DNA of 64,000 bases from Octopus sinensis (lineage: Eukaryota). Shown here piece by piece: positions 52,560 through 64,000 of this stretch (within the stretch, counting starts at the first letter, position 1; each line of letters starts with the position of its first letter). The notes beneath the pieces are model-generated. The model worked only from the letters and a program-made list of their open reading frames with translations. It searched no databases and was not told the origin of the DNA. A program made the position numbers and the translations under genes. The stretch is taken from positions 33,108,001 through 33,172,000 of the forward strand of contig NC_043000.1 in the NCBI RefSeq assembly GCF_006345805.1, written 5' to 3'.

Positions 52560-52870
52560 TATAAAAATCGAGATCACATGACATAAGAACATTGAGACAC
52601 AGTTTCTTCACTGCAAACGGTTCTGCCCTTTTCAATGTTATCCCGAAAGAAATTAAAGTAGAAAAAGACCCCACAACTTTCAAACGGTATCTGGACAAAT
52701 TCCTCCAGGAAATACCGGATAAACCACCCACACCTGATTACGTCTCAACCAACAACAACTCTCTGCTCATGTGGTCCATGGTGTCCCGAAATAATTAACT
52801 TAAAGACTTTTCCAGGTGGTGCTATTGAGTTAGTCATGGCCTGGGCTATAATGGCCAAAACCAATCTAAG
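52560..52870 (+). mobile_element. CR1/L2-group LINE 3' end
   Basis: [10 protein letters not shown]...[21 protein letters not shown]...NNSLL. Confidence 0.7.
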
Positions 52871-52875
52871 TTATA

Positions 52876-53174
<299 letters not shown>

Positions 53175-54143
53175 CTGTTTCAACACAATATTTCACATCA
53201 AAATCTTACAAAACATATATATATATATTTACTACATATGTATTTATATATGTGTATATATACGGGTGTATAAGAACGTGCATGCACACATAATACATAC
53301 ATACATACAAGGTGGAGTTTTCAAAAAAGTAAATAAATAAAATAAAATCAGCCAGTTAATGCGTATATTACAAATACAAAATAAAAACAATAAAAATATG
53401 TACGTTTTCTCAAGTTGAAAATGAAAGTTTGTTTTTGCTATCTCCAAAGATTGAGCTCTTCATCTTTGTTAGAAACCGACTGCTTCCTCACAGGAAGACT
53501 TCTAATAATTAAAAACAGAAGACAACATAGAAACATTACGACTGCTAAACAATTTCGGTCAATGCCAACGCATGTTCTTGTAGAACATCTTGGATGTGAC
53601 TTTTTACTTCTGCTCGATTTTGGCAACGATGGTCACCTCTTGCAGTAGCTCTTCAGACAACGTATCACGCATGCTGACCCATGGCTTCATTCCCTCATGC
53701 AATTTTTTTTATTGAATGTTTTGCTTTTGAGCAACGGCCAGCCATTGTACGCAACACAGGACTTGCCCCAATCTCTAAACAGAACCAGCCCCAATCTCTA
53801 AACAAAATATGCATTTATCCCAAAAGAATTACTTGTCTACAGCACTGGATACAACCGAAGTCGCATGTGATACACTGGAGTTTTCCTTGTACGGGAGAGA
53901 TATCTAAGCAAAGACCAAGGTTTCTCTCGATCCCATCTTCTGGAGATGGCTGCTGACTCAATAAAGTTTAAAGGAGGACGGTTGCCATTGGATACCCAGC
54001 TGGATACACACACATATATATATATATATGCATACATACATAGGTACGACGTATATATACACATACGTACGTACTTAGACACGTTTATAAACATTTTACA
54101 CACACACAACACACACACACACACCGCATATGCATGTGTATAG

Positions 54144-54237
<94 letters not shown>

Positions 54238-54258
54238 ATGTAAGTATGTATGTACAGA

Positions 54259-54321
<63 letters not shown>

Positions 54322-54630
54322 TGACAGAAAGTGTGGGTGTATATTATGTTGAGTTGAGAAAGAAATATAGAGATAGTGGTGGGGACAGAGATAGGGGTTT
54401 ACTGTAGAGAGGGAAAGAGGAACAGTGAAAGGAGAAGATAGGAAAAGAGCGAGAGAGAAAGAGACAGAAAAGAGAATGTGTGCGTGTGTGTGTGTGTGAG
54501 AGAGAGAGAGCAAAGTGGTGCAAGACTAAGCTAGAAGTCTGGTGTGGTGGTGGTGGTGGTGGTGGTGGTGTGTGTGCGCGTAAGTACGTGTGTGTGGTGT
54601 GTGTGCGTATGTACGTACATATGTGTGTGT

Positions 54631-54684
<54 letters not shown>

Positions 54685-55430
54685 ATGTATGCGAGCGCTG
54701 ATTGCTGCATGCATAAATCTATTTAGCAGTTTATTCATTCTGGAATTTGAGCTGTGTGTGTGTTGGTGTGTATGTTTGTATGTGTGAGTGTTAATGTGCG
54801 TATGTTGGTGTGTGTGTGTATGTGTCGGTTTACGTACGTGTGTTGGTGCGTACGAATATGTATGTATGTGAGTGAGTGTATGCGTGTTTACTTGTATAAA
54901 TGTGTGAATATATGTGTGTGTGTATATATATATATATCCATGTATGCTTATATTTCTTCACACACACACACACGCACACACGTGCTCATACACACATCTG
55001 TATTGAACCCCAGCTCTATACACGGCAGCGTGAATGTATACAAAATGCGTATAAATAGTTGTGATTGTGTGTCTGTATATGCAAACATTACGTATGCGCC
55101 TCTGTACGTGTGTTGTGTGTGTGTGTGTGTGTGGTGTGTGCGTGCCAATGTGTCGGTGCATATTCATGTATATGTACCTGTACGTGTGTGTGCATATTCA
55201 TGTATATGTACCTGTACGTGTGTGTGTGTTTGCGTGTGGCAGTCTTTTTGCCGGTGTTTTGTATCTTCAAGTCTCTACTGGTCGCAAAGAACATCTGCTT
55301 GGCCGGAAGGGACAACAACGGCCGTATCCAATAGAAAATTCAGCTTTCATTTCAGTACTTATCGATCTGGGAACTTCCTTTTCGCTTTTACTCTTTTTGC
55401 TTCACAATTTTTTTCTCCTCTTCTTCACGT

Positions 55431-55486
<56 letters not shown>

Positions 55487-55832
55487 GACACACATACATA
55501 CATACATACATACATACATACATACATACATACATACATACATACATGTATGTATGTGTGTATGTGTGTGTATTTCCTGTTCTTTCTTTCTCATCTACGC
55601 CTTCCTTCTTCTTCTCTCTATCTCTCTCACTTTCTCTTTCTCATATTTTATTCCTCTTTTCTTTCCGCCCACCCCCCTTTCCTCTGTGACGTGTCAAGCT
55701 ACGGTGGCGCCCACTGGCGTCAATCGCGACGGATATTTCATCACTTTGGTGCTTAACGATTTGTAGTAGATCGCTTTTTGAAAATCTCATCGCTAGACAC
55801 GCCTCGCCCAACTTCTCACCACTCACTTATTC

Positions 55833-55908
<76 letters not shown>

Positions 55909-56074
55909 CTTATTTTACTTTCTCCCTCTCTTCTCTGTATCCCTCCACACCTAATTTCTCATTGCTCTCTTTTTTTTCATTCACTTTAGCTCACCTGTTC
56001 ATCAATCTAACATACACACACATCTCCTTACGTATATATGCGATATATACGTACCTGTCTGTCTATCTATCATC

Positions 56075-56159
<85 letters not shown>

Positions 56160-56172
56160 AATAAATCAATCA

Positions 56173-56206
<34 letters not shown>

Positions 56207-57153
56207 TTAACTATCTGTTTCTCTCTCTTTTTCTCTCTTACTATATGCATATATATATATATATATATACATACACACGCACACACATATAGCACCACTC
56301 GCATATATATTATAGCCATCTATTCATATATCTACATATTTATCCATCTATCTAGCAATCTATCTATCACTCAATACTATCTCTCTCTCTCTCTCTCTCT
56401 CTCTCGCTCTCTCGCTCGCTCGCAGCTCTTTTCCTTATTATCCTCTCTCCGATGTCATTCCGTTCTGGAACCAAAGAATGGTCTATGAAGTACTCTGCCT
56501 CTCCAGTTGGCTGGCGGCAGCTGAAATCCGTGATATTTCTTTTGCCATTATTTATTTATTGATAACTATTGCTAAAGAACCTCTGAATACTCAATTACAA
56601 CCCATCAGCGGCGGCGACCATATCTCTTCTTGCTCAACAAAACATTGAACCAACTCCATAGTCTTTTCACATGTTCGCCTCTTTCTCTAACCCACTACCC
56701 TTACACTCTCTCTTCCCCACCATCCTTCATATCGTCTCCCCAACACACCTTTCTTTGTTGTTGTTGATATATACATACACACGCACACACTACAGCAATT
56801 ATAACTATAAATATATATGTAGATATATACATATATAATATACATATATATATATACATATATATAGATACATATAATATATATATATATATTATATATA
56901 TAAATATATATACACTCATATACACACACACACTCATTCATATTCTCTCCAAATGTAAACGAGTGGGTATACAAAATAGGAGACCGCATTAAAAATATAT
57001 ATCTAAAGATAATACAACATGAAATATAAGGATGCAGATACACAAAGACGTGAGTGTGTGATTAGGAAGTTCGCTTTGCATCCACACATGTGCGTTCGAT
57101 TCCACAAAGAAGCCATGTGGGAAACGTTTTCTACTAGAGATACAAACATACAC

Positions 57154-57203
<50 letters not shown>

Positions 57204-57204
<1 letters not shown>

Positions 57205-57482
57205 GTTAAAAGAAAAGAAAATGGAGATAAAGAAGTTAATTATTTATCATGAACAAATTGGTTATCTTCGCTTCTTACAGCCGTTTCAGTTAATACTCAG
57301 TAATTACAAATTTATACATTAAAGTTGCATTTCTGTGACATGAGCATAATTTCATCAGAGAAAAAGGATGTTCCTCTCAAGGTACATTTTTTTTCTCTGA
57401 TGAAATTATGCTCATGTCACAAATAAGATTTGATAATAAGTTATTGTTAACTTCCTCATCTCCATTTTCTGTTCTTTTAACT
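57204..57482. repeat. Foldback element in (TA)n
   Basis: Outer arms 57204-57239 / 57447-57482 and inner arms 57334-57365 / 57389-57421. Confidence 0.8.
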
Positions 57483-57630
57483 GGATATAAGCTATATGCT
57501 TAATATATACCTATTATCTTAAGGGAATTTCGTTCCCCTAAAATACTAAGCATTGAACCAGTATTTCCTTGGATGTAACCATCCCTTCACGAGGTTCACA
57601 TATCCTCTAATAATAAAAATAATAATAATA

Positions 57631-57661
<31 letters not shown>

Positions 57662-57783
57662 ATACTCTATATATTATCTATAGTATAATATATCCTATGA
57701 CATATAATATATATATATATATATCATATATATATCTATATATATAGAATATTATATATATATATACTCATTCATATTCCGCT

Positions 57784-57827
<44 letters not shown>

Positions 57828-57831
57828 TCTC

Positions 57832-57866
<35 letters not shown>

Positions 57867-57896
57867 TATATATATATTAATATAATATATATCTGT

Positions 57897-57951
<55 letters not shown>

Positions 57952-58719
57952 ATTATCCAATTATTCGCTATGAAACACCTACCGGGTTCACTGAATTAAC
58001 ATGTAAGCGGCCGAGTATTCCTGAAGCATGTCTATCCTTAATGTAATTCTCATACTGAATCATCTTGATACAGTAAGATATGGCTGCATTTTTGAATTCT
58101 AGGCACAATCCATCCAACAGGCTTCCGTGCAGTTTCCGTTGACCCTACTTTATTCACAAGGTATCGGTCGATCGAAGACAGACACCTCTCCAAGATGCCA
58201 CTCAGTGGAATCAAAACCAGGGCCTTATCTTTGCGAAGTAAACTTCTTAACATTTCGACCCAAAAATGTATCTAAAAACAGAACTGAGAATTCTTTGATT
58301 GCGTTGTATTTCTAGAATATTAGTTTTTAAAACTAATAATAAATTGTGCCAAAAAGTGCAAATGGTTCGACACGCGATCCTTTACGCCATTTGTCTAAAA
58401 GATCGTTGAGAAGGTTATTTTCTCAGAAACTCGTGCAATTGAAATAGTTCAAACCTTTAAAAAGAATCAAAGTTCAGAAAATAACTGAAACCTTCCTCAA
58501 ATTCATGGTCTTTGCTGGATTTTTTCCATGAATGCAATAGTTAAGAGTTGATTTGAAAAGCAAGTGATTAGAGAAAGGTTTGTTATTGCCAAAAAATGGT
58601 TCTTGCTTAACGCAGATGATTGAAGGGTATTAAGATTGGCTAAAAATATTGATATCAATGAAAGAGCTAAAAGACAGAAAGAACTGTGATAATTTCCGGA
58701 TTTCTTTAGATTCTTTTAT

Positions 58720-59085
58720 CTTTTAGTTGCGTCAGCCATTAGACTGCGGCCACGCTGGAGCGCCGCAAGAATTTTTAGTTGAATGAATCGATCCCAATAC
58801 TTTTTTCAAGCCTGTACTTATTCTATCGGTCTCGTTTACTGAACCGCTAGGTTACGGGGACCTAAGCATACCAACACGAACTGTAAGTGCTGGTGGGGGA
58901 TAAACGCAAAGACACACACACACACAGATATATATTCGACAGGCTTCTTTCAGTTTCCGTCTACCAAAATCACTCGCAAAGATTCGGTCCGCCCAAGTCT
59001 ATAGTAGAAGATACCTCCCCAAGCTTCCACACAATGGGACTGAACCCCTAACCACGTGGTTGGGAAGGAAACTTCTTACCATACA
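58720..59085 (-). mobile_element. tRNA-derived SINE (family 2)
   Basis: Reverse homologue of 4755-5155. Confidence 0.75.
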
Positions 59086-59401
59086 GTTAAGTTAGCATTG
59101 ATAAGTTAAGTACATTGATAGACGACATGATTGTGTATTCACAGATATTTGAATGTAAATGTACACTAATTGCGTGAATTCTGGAATTTAGGAATAACCA
59201 GAAAATAAATACGGAAGATTATCCGCTAAAAAAATTACTGAACCTTTAGAAACGGAATTTGTTGAATTCAACCTTGATTCGGGAAGAAATTTGTTTGCTG
59301 TCCTGACTGACTGAGTTAATATTACGGTCAAAATTGGTCTGCATTTTGCGTGTAATTGAGCTAAGCACTTGGACTTTGGGTTTTTGTAATGTTCTTTTGC
59401 A

Positions 59402-59458
<57 letters not shown>

Positions 59459-59459
59459 T

Positions 59460-59680
59460 ATTAAGACAAATACATATCAAAAACACCAGGACTTACAAAC
59501 ACATATAACATACAGAAAATTGCACTACTGGGCACTGCACATATCCTACGCAAAACACTTTCAAAACAGTAACCACCAGAGCATCACAACAAATCACAGC
59601 ACATACCCAAGGAACATAGAGCTGCTCTCGGTAGTGAAGTGAAAGCACACTATAAAAATAAAACTACTGAATAATAGTAA
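59460..59680 (+). mobile_element. R4/Dong-like 3' end in (TAA)n
   Basis: TPGLTNTYNIQKIALLGTAHILRKTLS plus the UTR, flanked by (TAA)n. Confidence 0.75.
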
Positions 59681-59749
59681 TAATAATAATAGGAATAATA
59701 GGAATAAACACACTAGCTGTACCAGTCATAAATTCAGCTTTAACATAAT

Positions 59750-60780
59750 AAGATCTGTGAATTGAGAAACCTTGATAGAAAAACGAGAATACTAACTGTG
59801 TACCGAAGGAACCACCCCAAAGCAGATGCAGACAGAATATATTTATCCGGCTCAGAAGGATGCCGTTGCCCTATACAGATAGAAAACTACTATAAAATAA
59901 GAACAGTTGGAGACTAGGCAAAGTACTTAAAAACAAAGAGGGGAAGACTACCGCATGCTGCAAAGCAACACGAGAGAAAGAAAACGCTTTTCTCTATAAA
60001 CAATGAATAAAAAAAATACAAAACCAAAAGAAACCACACAGACACACTGAGCTCGGATTGACAGAGAGGAAGTGAGCCTAAGTAAAAGCCAACAATGGCT
60101 CAAAAGCTCTGGACTAAAAGCTGAAATGGAAGGACTGATTCTCACTGCACAAGACCAATGCCTGACCACAAACAAATATAAAGGCTAAATAATGAAAACG
60201 GGCCCCAACACCAAATGCAGAATGTGCAACCAGCACAATGAGACAATTGATCATATCATCTCGGGTTGCCCAGTCCTTACCAAATCTGAATATATATATT
60301 ATATATATATAATATATATATATATAAATATATATATATAATAGACACGACAAAATAATCAGTTATATCCACTGGAAAATATGCTAACATTACAACATTA
60401 AAACTGACACTAGGTGGTATAAACGACTAAGCCTCAATCATCTGGGATTCAAACCGATTCAAACTGACAAAGAAATAAAAGCTTATCCCAAAGATTGGGG
60501 AAAAATGACACCCGCTTACTGATATACATTGCAGTGCCTTCTGATCAAAATATTGTCCAAAAAGAAATGGAGACCTCGAAATTGAAGTATTCAAGATGTG
60601 GAGCATGAATATGAAAACAATACCAGTAACAGTTGGGGCATTAGGTATAATAAAAAACATGAACAAAAACGTAGAATCTATACTGGGATCCTCAATGCTA
60701 TACACTATCCAAAAAATAGCCCTGCCAAGCACAGCCAACATCCTATGCAAGACACTATCAATTCAATAACACAAACTAAA
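59750..60780 (+). mobile_element. Degraded R4/Dong-like RLE retrotransposon
   Basis: HHPKADADRIY, LKAEMEGLILTAQDQCL, CRMCNQHNETIDHIISGCPVL, RHD (split off by (TA)n) and IPVTVGALG. Confidence 0.8.
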
Positions 60781-60947
60781 CAAAACAATCCACAAACACA
60801 AGACACACTATATATAGCAATTATCCAGTGAAATAAATTTCCACCAGCAATCTCAGTAACCAGCGTATTACACACTCAGCACACACTGCAAACAGTAATA
60901 CAAAAAAGACTGCTCTACACCTCGAGAGAGAGGGAGAGAGAGAGAGA

Positions 60948-61028
<81 letters not shown>

Positions 61029-61170
61029 CTAGTGCAATACAATACCGGGAAAAGTTTGCGCACTCTCAATAGCAGAAAAGAACCGACAATGCTGCCCACA
61101 CTCCAGCAACACGGAGGTGTAGCAGCTGATGCAGGAGAAATGTGCCTCAATCTGCCAAATATTGAACAGT

Positions 61171-61251
<81 letters not shown>

Positions 61252-64000
61252 TTGTGTTGAAGCTAATTTGACTAATGACCCTTGTTATCAGGACTACATG
61301 TCTGATGATATATTCGAGGTTAATGATCAAAATATAGATTCTACTGTTACCGATGCATTTGATAATAATTGTGTCGATCGGTACTAAATTGAATTTTAGT
61401 GAAACAGTTTCTGTCGCAAAAGACCTTCCACTAAAAAAAAAAAAAAAATTGAAATATTGGTAATGTCATAGGGAAAGTGAGAAGAATTTTCACTTTATAT
61501 TGTAAGTGTCCAACAAAATATGAAATGTTTCAGAAACATGTTAAAGAGGTTGTGTAGGGTCAGAAATTCTTTTTAGCCAAAGGAACAAACGAAATAGTTT
61601 CTTTTAAATGTTTGAGTAATTCTAAAAGTTATATTGTAAAACTTATGATTAATATGGAGCAATTTATCAACTTTTCAGACGAGGAATTTACCTTCCTGTT
61701 ATATCAAGAGGGGAACCAATCTATATTAGAATTTAAAAAACTAGATCGAAAGGAAACAACCTTAATCTCTGCAGAAAAAAAAAAACATAATTGCTTTTAT
61801 TCTAGACGAATTGCATCGACAGCATATTTAAGATGTTCGTTTTTACAGGAAGGCGTGGAGTGGGGGGATCGAAAAAAGACAAAAAAAATGAAAAAAAAGG
61901 GGATAAAAATCTTATCAGTTGGATGGATTATCCGTTTCTAATTTAGACATAAGCTCAGTAATTTTGGAGAGGACTGGTGAGTGAATAGCATCGATCCCTC
62001 TACACTTGTTCAGTTTTTCATAACCTATCGTAAAACGACCTCATTGGTTTTATTCTTTAGTGAGGAGGAACGAAGTGTACCATGGCGTTGGTAGGGGGCG
62101 CTCAGATAGTTCTGTATGATCTGACTACTGTCTTATTGATCATGTCTCTATGACCTTTAAGGTCACTGTTACTATGACTTCATTAGTGTCTCAATTATCA
62201 CTGTCACCATAATTTCTCTCTCTCTTTCCTTCTCTCTCTGACCTTACAACTATTTCGTTGACGTTGGCCATAAGATAATACAAATATCGATCACTTCTCA
62301 ATCAATTCTGATTCTTCCATTTATGATAAACCTGCTTTATCGTCCCTGGAACTTCTCCATTCCGCTTAAGTCTTTACTTGTCTTCAAAAGATCCTTTCGG
62401 TTTTTAAAATATTTTAAAAATATCATAAAGGAAAGTAAAAGTTGCATCCATCTGGATTGCTAGGACAACGGACAAACAACAGCATGAGTGGTTCGGGCCC
62501 AGACATTGTCTTTGTTTTATATCCATGAGCAAAATAGTGGCTCACAACGTCTGGCTGTAAGTAGGCACCACCGTGTATTAGGGACCAGAAATGTGTCAAC
62601 AGAATTACAAAACTGACGATTTTTTTATGACTTGAGTTCATGACTTGTCATGAGAAGTAATCTGAGGTAGACCCACGGCCTACCATTGGGGTAGATTTCT
62701 TTAATCCACTGAAATAAAGGATCGAACCAGGAGATTACAGATGACCGTTAAAGTGTAGGGTTTTTTTGTAACGTAATGAAAGCAGTAAAACGCTAAACTA
62801 GAAATAATGTAACGATGCAAAAAAAAAAAAAAAAAACCAACCAGTTTTAATTAATAACTAATAAAACTAATAAGTTCAAGACTGAAGAAAGCAACTTCAG
62901 TCTTATTTTGCTATCATTTGCACCTCGAAACCGAGCCATTGTCTTTGACTGTATTTACCAAAATACTGATTAGATAATCATAAAGTAAACGTACAGGATT
63001 GCAATATTGGTTGGTGGAGGAACATGGAAATATTTAGAGAAGTGATAGCATGAGGTTGGCAGAATCAAAGGAATGGTTAGTTTATTCAACTGATTAGAAG
63101 TTACTTTTAAATATGCAGCGGTTAGAATTCCTCATATTGCAGCAATACTACAGCTCGCTTTTCAAAGAAATCGTACATTAAAATTGTATGTGTATGTGTG
63201 TGTGTATGTATGTATGCATGAAGCTAAGGTTTATTTTACCAATGCAGAAACCGGTCCACGTGAGTCCAAATACTTAAATGTATGTTAGTAGATTGACTTA
63301 ACCTGATTTTGCCTTCTTTTAATTTCTGTAGTTTTCATCAGTGTATTTTTGGCGATTTAATAAGAGTTTTGACTGTTATTTCAAGCAGGTAGACATATTT
63401 AGTATGTCCTTTGATTAATTTTAATCCCTCGGCTATTTAATGCTATTTTTGGGCCTGCTATCACCTGTGTCATTGATTCTGTATATATATATATATACAC
63501 ACACTAGCAGAAAGATCGCCATCCGGGCAGTTTTCTGCTTGTCAAACCTGGAGTGTGCGTCGCTTTACATTAGAGAGACAGTGTGTGGGTGAGTGTGTGT
63601 GTGTGAATGAGAGAGGGGGAGAACATTGCAAAAATGAATGAAATCAACAAGAAATGAAAAACTATAAAACAAAAGCTAGTTAAAAACTACCTTCTGCCAA
63701 ATTTTTAAATTTGTGAATTTGAAATATTCAATAATAAAAGGAAGTAAAGAAAGTAAATTTTCCTGAAGACTTCAATTTATAAAAAAATCTCACTTTCTTA
63801 GTAAATATTTCTTTCGGTAATTTATCGTAATTTATCGCCACTTTAAACAAACTTCAAGGTTTAGCGAGCTAGAAATAGCAGCGATCATATAGTTATTATT
63901 GTAAGGCTTATAGCGTTCCAAACAGTCATACTAACAAAATTACTTCTAAATTTCTTTTATTAAATATTATACTGGTATATCAAAAAATTTTCATTTTATC

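Noticed and set aside
62151-62165. TGACCT-tta-AGGTCA nuclear-receptor palindrome
   Set aside because: Everted arrangement, not a classical response element, and no other support.
63455-63490. Possible Poxn first exon (…gacacaG|GTGA on the minus strand)
   Set aside because: The nearby ATG is out of phase with the acceptor at 34873 and the context abuts (TA)n.

Overview
AT-rich animal genomic DNA saturated with microsatellites. The repeat content suggests a coleoid cephalopod, probably Octopus (inference). One host gene is supported: a minus-strand paired-box transcription factor of the Pox neuro (Poxn) class. It has two clear coding exons (34652-34872 and 31287-31872) and a phase-compatible terminal exon about 24 kb downstream (7046-7413); its first coding exon was not identified with confidence. 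The rest of the window is a dense set of transposon relics: tRNA-derived SINEs (two families), restriction-like-endonuclease (RLE) non-LTR fragments sitting in (CATA)n or (TAA)n tracts, a Tx1/L1-like element, Penelope-like (PLE) GIY-YIG remnants, and hAT, mariner and other MITEs. The most notable observations are: (i) minimal hammerhead-ribozyme motifs, one of them in an apparent tRNA-headed, head-to-head inverted element; (ii) a triple array inserted into that element's (TAA)n tract, whose middle copy is a recombinant; (iii) a SINE sharing its 3' tail with the local Tx1-like LINE; (iv) a perfect estrogen-response palindrome in the large Poxn intron. Nearly all other ORFs in the supplied track are microsatellite translations. 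Repeat boundaries are estimated by eye.
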